Assembly (NCBI GenBank): GCA_041750285.1
Contig: JBGSZS010000007.1
Coordinates: forward strand, 1 to 64,000
Source of the DNA: Candidatus Fermentibacteraceae bacterium
GTDB lineage: Bacteria > Fermentibacterota > Fermentibacteria > Fermentibacterales > JCC-6
Reading direction: 5' to 3'
DNA: 64,000 nt
The notes below the pieces were generated by a model. The model ran no database searches. It saw only the letters and a list, made by a program, of their open reading frames with translations, and was not told the origin of the DNA. Shown here piece by piece: positions 1 to 8,997 of the stretch (positions are counted from its first letter, which is position 1; the number at the start of each line of letters is the position of its first letter). Both the position numbers and the translations under genes were made by a program.

Positions 1-2
1 AG

Positions 3-1154
3 ACGGATTACACCGTCAGGCTCACTGTCTCTCAGAGCCCCGGGTATGTATCCTTAACTGTACTTGACCACAGCAGGCGTTTTTTGATACCGTCCCCGTC
101 CGGGGGCGGGGGCAACGATGTTTACGTCGCCTTCGACGACACGCTGGAAGCTGGAGAGGGCAGGCTTGTGGAGTTCGTGGACACGAGTGCTCTTCCCGCG
201 GACATCAGGGTGACGTCACCTGATGTTTATGTGTACAGGCAGGGCGCCGTGAACAGAAGCGACCGGTTGTGCTGCACCGCCGGTGAAACCATCACCCTCG
301 GAGCCGTGTACTACAACATGGGCACCGTGGCCGCCGGGAACGTCACCGTGAACTTCACTGATTTGACTCGAGCCACTGTCCTTGGAACGGATGCGATACG
401 TTTGGGAGGGCTTTCAGGGCACTACAACCCCGACAGCGCCTCCGCCAGCGTTCAGTGGGAGACTGATGTGAATGACGTTGGTGTTCACAGGATCGAGATA
501 AGCGCGGGAGCCGTGTCCGGCGAGAACACGTCCGACAACTGTGTTACGGTCACGGTTCTGGTTGAGCCTTTGGACTACGCCACCGAGGTTCCGGGGAACG
601 CGTGGGACATGACCGAGGCTTTGAGCAATCCGCCGGACTGGTTCACCTCCGACATTGTCTCGGTTTCGGCCGGCTGGATCGATTCTTGCTGGACCGATTC
701 TTGCTGGACCGATTCCGTGAGCGGGATGTTCGAGGGGGCGCTGAGCATTCCCGAGCCCGATTCTCTATTCATGGGCGACATCCATCTTCGGGAAAGCAGC
801 CAGGAACCGATAGATGCTGAAGAGTACACGATGCTGAGCATGGCGGGCGTGAGCTTGAATCCAAACAGGAACGACACCGGCTTCGGATGCGGGATGTACC
901 TGTTCTGGAAGGATTCCACCGAGACCGGGCATATCATCGAGCTTCACGGGAGCACATGTTTCGACCATGGTCTTGGCAACGGCAGGGAGATGTGGCGGGA
1001 GTTCGGACCTCTGGACCTGTCAGACGTTGAAGGCTGGGATGGGGTGATCCATGACATCGGTATAAGGTTCCAGATGAGTCCTCCTGAGCAGTATCCGATA
1101 GTTCCAATCGGTGTAAGAATAGGCTGGATTCGGTTGGAGAGTGGTGCGCTGTGA
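3..1154 (+). CDS. C-terminal part of a large secreted/surface protein with a CARDB-like Ig domain (5' end outside window)
   Basis: Frame is open from position 3 (TDYTVRLTVS...). 'TITLGAVYYNMGTVAAGNVTVNF...GVHRIEISAG...ENTSDNCVTVTV' resembles CARDB. Confidence 0.6.
   Translation, partial: TDYTVRLTVSQSPGYVSLTVLDHSRRFLIPSPSGGGGNDVYVAFDDTLEAGEGRLVEFVDTSALPADIRVTSPDVYVYRQGAVNRSDRLCCTAGETITLGAVYYNMGTVAAGNVTVNFTDLTRATVLGTDAIRLGGLSGHYNPDSASASVQWETDVNDVGVHRIEISAGAVSGENTSDNCVTVTVLVEPLDYATEVPGNAWDMTEALSNPPDWFTSDIVSVSAGWIDSCWTDSCWTDSVSGMFEGALSIPEPDSLFMGDIHLRESSQEPIDAEEYTMLSMAGVSLNPNRNDTGFGCGMYLFWKDSTETGHIIELHGSTCFDHGLGNGREMWREFGPLDLSDVEGWDGVIHDIGIRFQMSPPEQYPIVPIGVRIGWIRLESGAL
681..715 (+). repeat. In-frame 15-bp tandem duplication (GATTCTTGCTGGACC x2 plus partial), encoding DSCWT-DSCWT-DS
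   Basis: Units at 681-695 and 696-710, then GATTC at 711-715. Confidence 0.9.
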
Positions 1155-2977
1155 AGGCTTTGATTCTTCTACCGGCCGTACTGGGAACCGTGTTTGCGAG
1201 CATATCCGGTCAGAGCGACTGGCAGCTTGGGCCCGGAGTACCCGGACCAGTCAGCGCCTGGGGTCACACCTTCGACAGCCACCAGCACATGGGATACGAG
1301 GACTCGCCGGGGGAGTTGTTCCTTCATCTTCTCGGCGGGAAGCATCAGGTCACGGACTACCTTGAGTACTCCGTTCCCGGCTCGGTTGTGGACATGAACG
1401 GCGACGGTCACCTTGACGTGGTGTGCGGTTCCAACGGTTACAGCAAGAACAGGGTGTACTGGTTCGAGAACGACGGTTCAGGGGGAGGCTGGGAGCGCCA
1501 CAATGTGGGCGGTAGTGGCGAGGTGACCTTTCCATGGTCCGTCTGCACTGCGGATGTCGACGGAGATGGAGACATGGACGTTATCTGCGGGGATGACGAC
1601 AAGATTGTTCTCTGGATAAACACCGACGGGACAGGGTTAAACTGGGAGGCCAACATCATTTTGGACAACATGGATAAATCACCCACACTGCTGATTCCAA
1701 CCGACGTTGACGGTGACGGCGATCCTGATGTCATAGTTCGAAGAGCAGGACCTGACAGCATGATCCTCTGGTTTGAAAACCCCATGCCCGATCGGTCCGC
1801 AGCTGACGGATGGACACAGCATTTCGTAGGGATGAAGGCCGCGGCTGGTCTGTGCATTGGGGATGTGAACGGTGACGGAGATACGGATATCGTAACTGCA
1901 TCAGCGGGTTCGGCCAAACAATTGTCCTGGTGGGAGGACGAGAACGGTACGGGAGACAACTGGACAGAGCACACCATTCTCAACAACATCAACAACGGCA
2001 AGGCGGTCCATGCTTCAGACATGGACGGTGACGGCGACCTGGATGTGATAGCTGCCAGTTCTTATGACTTGTACTGGTTCGAGAACAATGACGGACTGGG
2101 AACTTCTTGGACGGATCATCAGCTTCCTGATCCTATTGTTCTATGCAACGCCACTGCAGGAGTTGACATTTTCGGAAACGGCAGTCCAGTGATTCTCTCT
2201 GCTCATGGTTCCAGTGGCACGCCTCTTCGCTTCGTCCTCTGGGAGAGGATGGACGAGGGGGGTCTGACCTGGAGAAGGCACATTCTGGAGAAAAGCTATA
2301 ATTACAATGGGCTGGCTGTGGGAGATATCGACGGGGACGATACACTTGATGTGGTAACCTTCGAATACGGCAGCCGGGTATTCTGGTTCAGTCTTGGCTA
2401 CCCTTCCACGGGTTCACTGACCTCATCCATCCTTGACGTGAACAACTATCCCCACTGGGATGAGATACAGTGGCAGGACAGCGTTCCAGCGGGTTCTTCA
2501 GTTCGGTTCCGTGTGCGGAGTTCCAACGATCCCGGGGACATGGGGGAGTGGTCCGGCTACATAGAGGAGCCGGGCAGCCTTGAGGGGTTTGTTGACAGCA
2601 CCCACCGTTACTTCCAGTACCGTGTTCACATGGAGCCATCGGGCCGGTTCGTTACCCCCACCCTGTATCAGGTGCTGTTCTACTGGGACTGGCTGGGAGT
2701 GGAGGGGGCTGAGGAAGAAACATGCCTTCACCCGGTTACCCCCAACCCAGGTTCAGGCGCTGTGGAGATACGGTTCAGCCTTGCAGAGCCGGGTTCCGTT
2801 GTGATTCAGGTGTTCGACCTGTGCGGCAGGTTGGTCTCCTTGCCGGTGGACGGCGAGGTGTCGGGAGGTGAACACTTGGTCCAGCTTGCTTCCCTTCCTC
2901 CGGGCGCGTACTTCGTGCGGATGACGGCGGGAGAAGAAGTGCTACGGGAGCGCTTCGTTCTGGTTGGAGAGCGGTGA
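1151..2977 (+). CDS. Secreted FG-GAP/VCBS-repeat (beta-propeller) protein with a T9SS/FlgD-like C-terminal domain
   Basis: Signal peptide; about 7 repeats of DxDGDGDxDV...WFEN; C-terminus 'PNP...IRFSL...VFDLCGRLV...PGAYFVR'. GTGA overlap with upstream gene. Confidence 0.85.
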   Translation: MKALILLPAVLGTVFASISGQSDWQLGPGVPGPVSAWGHTFDSHQHMGYEDSPGELFLHLLGGKHQVTDYLEYSVPGSVVDMNGDGHLDVVCGSNGYSKNRVYWFENDGSGGGWERHNVGGSGEVTFPWSVCTADVDGDGDMDVICGDDDKIVLWINTDGTGLNWEANIILDNMDKSPTLLIPTDVDGDGDPDVIVRRAGPDSMILWFENPMPDRSAADGWTQHFVGMKAAAGLCIGDVNGDGDTDIVTASAGSAKQLSWWEDENGTGDNWTEHTILNNINNGKAVHASDMDGDGDLDVIAASSYDLYWFENNDGLGTSWTDHQLPDPIVLCNATAGVDIFGNGSPVILSAHGSSGTPLRFVLWERMDEGGLTWRRHILEKSYNYNGLAVGDIDGDDTLDVVTFEYGSRVFWFSLGYPSTGSLTSSILDVNNYPHWDEIQWQDSVPAGSSVRFRVRSSNDPGDMGEWSGYIEEPGSLEGFVDSTHRYFQYRVHMEPSGRFVTPTLYQVLFYWDWLGVEGAEEETCLHPVTPNPGSGAVEIRFSLAEPGSVVIQVFDLCGRLVSLPVDGEVSGGEHLVQLASLPPGAYFVRMTAGEEVLRERFVLVGER

Positions 2978-3249
2978 CTCGGGGGGTGCCCCCCTTAATA
3001 GTGATGAGCCTGGGTAGCGAAATGGCGCGCCGCTCGGGGCTCGAGTGCGAGGGGATAAACCTCTTTCTGGCCGACGGCGAACGGGCCATGCAGGAGGTCC
3101 TTCACTGCCACATCCATGTGTTCCCAAGGTTTGCCGGGGACGGTTTCAGACTGAGGTTCGGTGCGCACTACCACTTTGTCCGTCCCGCCCGGTGGGAGCT
3201 TGACGCTGCTGCGGAAAGGCTGCGCAGCATTCTTTCCGACCTTCGGTGA
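2974..3249 (+). pseudogene. N-terminally truncated HIT-family hydrolase
   Basis: Has 'QEVLHCHIHVFPRF' (HxHxH triad) but lacks the N-terminal CxFC and 'PGHxLVxP' segments. Confidence 0.6.
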
Positions 3250-3270
3250 CGGCCCGGGTTCAGAATCCCT

Positions 3271-4755
3271 TCACTCGACCGTTGCGAACAGCGTCTTCTC
3301 GTTCGTATACCTGACGAAGCCCTGGGGGGCGCCCTTCACCCTTCGCACGTACTTGACCAGTGTGCAGTCAACGGGGATGATGCCCTTCTGTCCCGAGTAC
3401 CGGGCCGCTATGTCGGCCGCGAGCTGAAGCACCCTTTCCGGAGGGTTGCCCGGTCTGCCGTCCTTCCGCAGGATCACATGGCTGCCGGAAGCGCCCCTGG
3501 CGTGCAGCCAGTAATCGTCTCTCGCCGCCGTTCGGAAGGTGAGTTCCTCATTCTCCCTGGCGTTCCTTCCCGCCACGCACCGCCATCCCCCCTCCAGGAC
3601 AAACTCCCTCGGTTTCCGGGCTTCAGTGCTTCTTCCGGGTCTGCCCAGCAACTCTGCGATGCGTTCAGCCGGCATTCCGGGGATGTGGGCAAGGACGTCT
3701 TCAAGCTCTTTCAGCCTGCCCGTGATCCGGCGTATGCGTCCTTCGAGCCTTTCCCTTTCCGTATGGACACCGGCGGCCTTTCTGAAAAAACGTGCCGCGT
3801 TCTCGGGAGGGTTCAGGGCTTTTTTGAGGGGGATCTCGACGGCGTTCCCGTTGTAATCGTTCAGGAGGGCTCGTTCCAGACCCCTTGTAAGGCCGCTTTT
3901 GTATGTGAGGATCAGGCTGCCCCACATGCGGAAGGTCTCGGGCCGTTCCAGGCTCTCGAGTGCCTGTTCCGAGGCGGCCAGTTTCCTTGTGAGTTCCTTC
4001 CGTTCATGGGTTAGCCTTGCCGTGAGTTCCGCCGCTCCGGGAGCCTTTGCTTCGACCGCCCTGGAAGGCCCGGGCTGCCCTCCGATCCAGTCGGGAATGT
4101 TCTCGCGGGCAAGGTCTTCGGAAAGGGCGTTCAGAACCCCGGCGATGTCGGAGCCGATGGCACCGGCACGGTCAAGGATCGCACGGGCGGTTGCCGGGCC
4201 GACACCCTCCAGGGCCCTGCACAGGTCCATGGGTGAAGGGTCGGGGGGCAGAGCCGTCTCGTGCCACTTTTCAGGCGGAAGCCCGGAAGGCGGGGGAGGC
4301 GTGTATACACCCCCCGGGGAGATGGTGCGATACCGGTTCTGATGCGACGAGACGCGTCTGATGCATGCGATGATCCTGCCGTCGGTTTTACGGCAGAGAA
4401 CGATGTTGGCGTTTCTTCCCGTCATCTCGAAGTGGAGCGTGCACGGCCCGTGATCGTACACCGTGCTGCGCTCGAACTCGAGGACCAGCACCCTGTCCAT
4501 CCCTGACTGTGAAACAGCGGTTACCGTGGCTCCCCTGAGATGGTGCTCCCATGATGGATTCCTGGGGGGCACCTTCACCCGGTCTTCCGGGAAGGAGAGC
4601 CCGGGGGCTTCGGGGCGGCTGTCGAGGGTGAGCATGAAGCGGCCGAAATCAAGGGAAAGAACCCGCTCGTGTTCCATGAACACACTCCTGCATGTCAGCC
4701 CGGTGAGCCGCGAACGGATCGAGGGCATCATTCCGCGCAGATGGATGCCTTCCAC
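3271..4755 (-). CDS. rqcH: NFACT/RqcH (FbpA-like) ribosome quality-control protein
   Basis: 'DRVLVLEF', 'EMTGRNANIVL', NFACT-R 'GRNARENEELT', 'WLHARGASGSHV', 'VDCT'. GTG 4755 chosen as start from the family-like N-terminus. Confidence 0.85.
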   Translation of the reverse strand: MEGIHLRGMMPSIRSRLTGLTCRSVFMEHERVLSLDFGRFMLTLDSRPEAPGLSFPEDRVKVPPRNPSWEHHLRGATVTAVSQSGMDRVLVLEFERSTVYDHGPCTLHFEMTGRNANIVLCRKTDGRIIACIRRVSSHQNRYRTISPGGVYTPPPPSGLPPEKWHETALPPDPSPMDLCRALEGVGPATARAILDRAGAIGSDIAGVLNALSEDLARENIPDWIGGQPGPSRAVEAKAPGAAELTARLTHERKELTRKLAASEQALESLERPETFRMWGSLILTYKSGLTRGLERALLNDYNGNAVEIPLKKALNPPENAARFFRKAAGVHTERERLEGRIRRITGRLKELEDVLAHIPGMPAERIAELLGRPGRSTEARKPREFVLEGGWRCVAGRNARENEELTFRTAARDDYWLHARGASGSHVILRKDGRPGNPPERVLQLAADIAARYSGQKGIIPVDCTLVKYVRRVKGAPQGFVRYTNEKTLFATVE

Positions 4756-4841
4756 GGTATGTTCTTTCCCTTCGGGTTGACGGCTCAATGGGTGAAAATA
4801 ATAACTACCGTTCAAAGGCGCCCTTTCGTCTGGAGATGAAC

Positions 4842-5711
4842 ATGGAATCCATGACAGGTTTCGGCAGCGCTGCGCAGCGATTGAAAGGCTTTTTGATAAC
4901 TGCAACCGCCCGTTCGGTGAATCACCGGGGGCTCAGCATCCACCTCAGGTTTCCGCGTGAGGCCGCCCCGCTTGAACAGGCCGCCCACGTGAAGGCAAGG
5001 GAGATGTTCCAGAGGGGAAGGATCGAACTCACGGTTTCCGTGGACACCGAAGACGGCTCGGGAACCGCACCCGAGATCGACCTTGAAAGGGCCGGGACGT
5101 ACGTCAGGGCTGCTGCGGCAATTGGCGAGGCGTACCACACCGAGTCCGGAGTGACGGCACTCGGTGTCCTTTCCCTGCCGGGAGTGCTCCGGATGCCCGA
5201 TCCAGCACGGTTCGGAGACTTTTCAGGGGTTCTCTCCACGGTCATCGGCGATGCCCTCGCAGCCCTCAGGGAGTCCAGACTGAGGGAGGGGGCCGGGCTT
5301 GCCGTGGTTTTCAGAGAGTCTCTGGGTGCTATCATGGAACAGGTCGATCCCATTGCTTCCGCCCACGGAGAACGGGTCAGGACCGTTTTCGGAAAGAACA
5401 GGGCAAGGATCAGGGAACTCCTTGGCGAGGTTGATCTTGACGAAGCCAGGTTCGTCCAGGAGGTGGCCGTGATGGCAGACCGGCTGGACATCTCCGAGGA
5501 ATGCCAGAGGCTTCTGCACCATTCCCGTGAGGCCCTTGGCATACTCGGCGAACCCGTATGCGGTATGAAACTGGGCTTTCTGGTCCAGGAAATGCACAGG
5601 GAACTGAACACCATGGGCGCAAAGGTAACCGATCCCCTGGCCGTGTACGGAGTGATAAGGATGAAGGAGCTTGCGGGGGGAATGAAGGAGCAGGCAGCCA
5701 ATGTCCAGTAG
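4842..5711 (+). CDS. yicC: YicC/YloC family endoribonuclease
   Basis: 'SMTGFG', 'RSVNHRGL', 'DISEE', 'LGFLVQEMHRELNTMGAK', 'KEQAANVQ'; canonical position upstream of gmk. Confidence 0.9.
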   Translation: MESMTGFGSAAQRLKGFLITATARSVNHRGLSIHLRFPREAAPLEQAAHVKAREMFQRGRIELTVSVDTEDGSGTAPEIDLERAGTYVRAAAAIGEAYHTESGVTALGVLSLPGVLRMPDPARFGDFSGVLSTVIGDALAALRESRLREGAGLAVVFRESLGAIMEQVDPIASAHGERVRTVFGKNRARIRELLGEVDLDEARFVQEVAVMADRLDISEECQRLLHHSREALGILGEPVCGMKLGFLVQEMHRELNTMGAKVTDPLAVYGVIRMKELAGGMKEQAANVQ

Positions 5712-6966
5712 GGGGCTTCTTGTAGTGATCGCCGGCCCGTCCGGTGCCGGGAAGACAACCCTCGCAAGGCATCTCATCGAGACATTCCCCGAGGCGGTTT
5801 TCTCGGTTTCCTGCACGACAAGGCCTCCCAGGGGCAGCGAACGGGACGGCGTTGATTACCGGTTCATCTCTGACGATGAGTTTTCCGGTCTGGTCGCGTC
5901 CAACCATTTCCTCGAGTGGGCCGAGGTTCACGGCAACAGGTACGGCACTTCGGGCAAATGGGTCCGGAACACGCTGTCTGCGGGAGACTCCGTCGTCCTT
6001 GACATTGACGTTCAGGGAGCCCTTCAGGTGAAGGCCGCCGTGCCGGCTGCGATCCTTGTTTTCGTGCTTCCCCCCGACCCGGCGGAACTTGGCCGCAGGC
6101 TTTCCGGCAGGGGCACCGACAGCGCCGAAACGGTCGCAAAAAGACTTGCGGCTGCATCCCGGGAAGTGGCCCTTCTGGGAGCTTTCGACTACTTCATGGT
6201 GAACGACTCGCCGGAATCCTCCCGGCTCAGGATCGAATCGATATACCGCGCTGAGAGAATGCGTCTGGCAGCCGGGTCGTGGCCATCCGAGGCCGTTCCC
6301 TACATCTCCTGTGCCCAATCCGGGCTTTCCGCCTGGAAGGGAAGGAAGGTGATAGTCTGCTCCGGTCCCACCCGTGAGAGTATCGACGACGTTCGCTTCA
6401 TCTCCAACCGGTCCAGCGGGCTCATGGGTCTTTCAATGGTCGATGCATTCCTTGACGCCGGCGCTTTCGTGACCATGATCAGCGGCCCCTGCCGTTACGA
6501 CGCCCCACCTGGCTCCGTTTCCCTCATAAGGGTGGAAACAGCCCTTGAGATGCTTGCCGCGCTGCGGGAAGCCGTGGACGGAGCCGATTTGCTTGTGATG
6601 GCGGCGGCGGTGGGCGACTACCGGCCAAGGTGTTTCACACCGGGCAAGCTTCGGAGGGGGGACGGTCTTCTGCTGGAACTCGAGCCCACGCCTGATCTTC
6701 TGGAAACACTCGATGCTCGCTGTCCGGTTCTGTCATTCTCTCTTGAGTACGGGCCCGAATCCCGCGAAAGAGCGCTTGAGAAGATGCGGAGAAAGGGTTC
6801 GTTCGCCGTTTTCGTGAACAGGGGGGACATCCCGGGACAGGGCATGGAAAGCATGACGAACTGCGGGGAGCTCATATTTGCCGACGGTTCGTCCGCAGAA
6901 GTGCCCCCGGGCTCAAAGAGGTTCGTCGCACTGGCCATGGCGGGCCTGTTGGGGGAGAGGTTGTGA
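5701..6966 (+). CDS. gmk: Fusion of guanylate kinase and phosphopantothenate-cysteine ligase (CoaB/DFP domain)
   Basis: N-terminal 'GPSGAGKTT', 'TTRPPRGSERDGVDYRF', 'LDIDVQG'. C-terminal 'SGPTRESIDDVRFISNRSSGLMG', 'AAAVGDY', 'LEPTPDLL'. One ORF. Confidence 0.88.
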   Translation: MSSRGLLVVIAGPSGAGKTTLARHLIETFPEAVFSVSCTTRPPRGSERDGVDYRFISDDEFSGLVASNHFLEWAEVHGNRYGTSGKWVRNTLSAGDSVVLDIDVQGALQVKAAVPAAILVFVLPPDPAELGRRLSGRGTDSAETVAKRLAAASREVALLGAFDYFMVNDSPESSRLRIESIYRAERMRLAAGSWPSEAVPYISCAQSGLSAWKGRKVIVCSGPTRESIDDVRFISNRSSGLMGLSMVDAFLDAGAFVTMISGPCRYDAPPGSVSLIRVETALEMLAALREAVDGADLLVMAAAVGDYRPRCFTPGKLRRGDGLLLELEPTPDLLETLDARCPVLSFSLEYGPESRERALEKMRRKGSFAVFVNRGDIPGQGMESMTNCGELIFADGSSAEVPPGSKRFVALAMAGLLGERL

Positions 6967-7652
6967 GGGATCCTCTCCGGAATGTCCTGAAGAGCTTTGG
7001 CGTAACTGAAGTCGCGCTTCCTTCGCCGCCTTCCGTGCCTGACACGGAATGCAGCGAACCATCCCCGGCGAAGACAGCTCCCCGGACAATGGAGGCGCTG
7101 ATGGAGGAAGTCGCCGGGTGCACCCGCTGCAGGCTGTCCCAGGGCAGGAACAGGCTTGTCTTCGGTGCAGGCAACCCCGGCTCGGGAATCCTTCTCGTCG
7201 GCGAAGGCCCGGGGGCTACGGAAGACATGCAGGGGCTTCCCTTCGTGGGCCGCGCGGGTGAGCTTCTCGACCGTATCCTCGAAGCCATTGATCTGAACAG
7301 ACGGTCCGTCTACATCGCCAACGTCGTGAAATGCAGACCTCCGGGGAACCGTGTGCCCGCACCCGACGAAGTCGATGCGTGCCTGCCCGTGCTCCTGCGT
7401 CAGATCGACATAATGAAGCCCGGTGTGATAGTGGCGCTGGGCGCCAGCGCCGCCCTTGCGCTCCTTGGAACCAGGAAGGGCATTGGTGCCCTGAGGGGGG
7501 ACATGCACGACTTCCGGGGAACCCTGGTCATGGTCACCTACCATCCTGCCGCCCTTCTTCGCTCACCCGCCCTTAAAAGGCCCGTTTGGGAGGATATGAA
7601 AAAGCTTTCCGCATTGCTCAAGGAGAAAGGTCTGCCCAGGAATGTCATTTGA
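6963..7652 (+). CDS. udg: Uracil-DNA glycosylase family 4 ([4Fe-4S])
   Basis: 'CTRCRL', 'VGEGPG', 'PFVGRAG', 'NVVKCRPPGNR', 'TYHPAALL'. Confidence 0.93.
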   Translation: MRDPLRNVLKSFGVTEVALPSPPSVPDTECSEPSPAKTAPRTMEALMEEVAGCTRCRLSQGRNRLVFGAGNPGSGILLVGEGPGATEDMQGLPFVGRAGELLDRILEAIDLNRRSVYIANVVKCRPPGNRVPAPDEVDACLPVLLRQIDIMKPGVIVALGASAALALLGTRKGIGALRGDMHDFRGTLVMVTYHPAALLRSPALKRPVWEDMKKLSALLKEKGLPRNVI

Positions 7653-8997
7653 AGCCGGGAACAGGCTGCCGGGAAGCCCCGAGGCGGAGAGGGGCGTGCT
7701 GGGCGGCATACTGCTGGATTCCGACATTGCGGTTGAGGTTTTCGGCATTCTGGTGGAGGAGGACTTTCTCGACCCCAGGAACAGAAGGATCTTTTCCACG
7801 CTCAAAGCCCTGTTCGACCGCGGCGAACCGGTCGACCTGGTGACAGCCGTCACCGAGTTCCAGAAGCGTGACGGCTTTTCCGATGCCGGTGGCGTCGACT
7901 ACATCACCGACCTGACCAACGACGTGGCCTACATGGCCAACGTTTCGGCCTACGCCGGGATAGTCAGGGAAAAATCGCAGCTCAGGCAGCTTGTCAGGGC
8001 ATCGAATGAAACCGTGCGCAGGGTGATGTCCGGCGACGGCAGCTCGACCGACCTCATCGACCAGGCCGAACAGCGGATCTTCAGCATCGCCGGCAACATG
8101 ACCGAGCAGGATTTCCGGAGGGTCGGGGATGTTGCTCCGTCAGCCCTCGCGTCGCTTCGTCTGATGAGCGAGGCCGAGGGCGGGGTCACCGGGCTTTCAA
8201 CCGGTCTCGAACCGCTTGACAGGCTCACCACGGGCTTCCATCCCGGTGAGTTGATCATCATCGCCGCCAGACCAGGTGTTGGCAAGACCAGCCTTGCCCT
8301 GAACATGGCCAGGCACATAGCCGGTCAGGGCAAGGGGTGCGTCGCATTCTTCAGCCTGGAGATGTCGGACGAGATGCTCGTTCGCAGGCTTTTGTGCATG
8401 ATGAGCGGCATAGGAACGCAACCCATAATCGAGGGCACACTTCGTCCCGAGAACTGGCTTGAGCTGGAGGAAACCGCGAGGCACCTTGCCGAACTGCCCA
8501 TAGCGATCAACGAGAAGACCGAACTAACCTCGGCAGAGCTGCGGGCCAAGGTCAGAAGGCTTCACAGGAGGGACAAGGTCGCTGCCGTTTTCGTCGACTA
8601 CCTTCAGCTCATGAAGGGTGCCGACGATCTCGAGAATCACCAGTTGAAGGTCGCCATGAATTCCGGAGCTCTGAAAGCCCTTGCCAAGGAGATACACGTC
8701 CCGGTCATCACCCTTTCCCAGTTCAGCAGGAACGCGACCAAGAGACCCGGCCCCCCCCAGCTCAGTGACCTCCGCGACAGCGGCGCCATAGAACAGGACG
8801 CCGATCTCGTGATGTTCCTGCACGATGAGAGGGCCGATACGGGCCAGACCGACTCAGACGGCAGCAGCGACAGGTACCGCAACGTTGACCTTCTGGTCGT
8901 GAAACAGAGGAACGGACCCAGGGGAAAGGTGAGGCTGGTTTTCACCACAGCCACAACGAGGTTCGATCCCGCCCATCAGGACGAGGGTTACTACTGA
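7642..8997 (+). CDS. dnaB: Replicative DNA helicase
   Basis: 'AARPGVGKT', 'FSLEM', 'VDYLQL', 'LSDLRDSGAIEQDAD', 'KQRNGP'. Confidence 0.97.
   Translation: MSFEAGNRLPGSPEAERGVLGGILLDSDIAVEVFGILVEEDFLDPRNRRIFSTLKALFDRGEPVDLVTAVTEFQKRDGFSDAGGVDYITDLTNDVAYMANVSAYAGIVREKSQLRQLVRASNETVRRVMSGDGSSTDLIDQAEQRIFSIAGNMTEQDFRRVGDVAPSALASLRLMSEAEGGVTGLSTGLEPLDRLTTGFHPGELIIIAARPGVGKTSLALNMARHIAGQGKGCVAFFSLEMSDEMLVRRLLCMMSGIGTQPIIEGTLRPENWLELEETARHLAELPIAINEKTELTSAELRAKVRRLHRRDKVAAVFVDYLQLMKGADDLENHQLKVAMNSGALKALAKEIHVPVITLSQFSRNATKRPGPPQLSDLRDSGAIEQDADLVMFLHDERADTGQTDSDGSSDRYRNVDLLVVKQRNGPRGKVRLVFTTATTRFDPAHQDEGYY

Noticed and set aside
90..97. Isolated GGGGACGG/CCGTCCCC octamers (also near 3137, 6658, 58783, 61562)
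   Set aside because: Match stops after 8-9 nt, lies within CDSs and has no partner arm; chance in GC-rich DNA.
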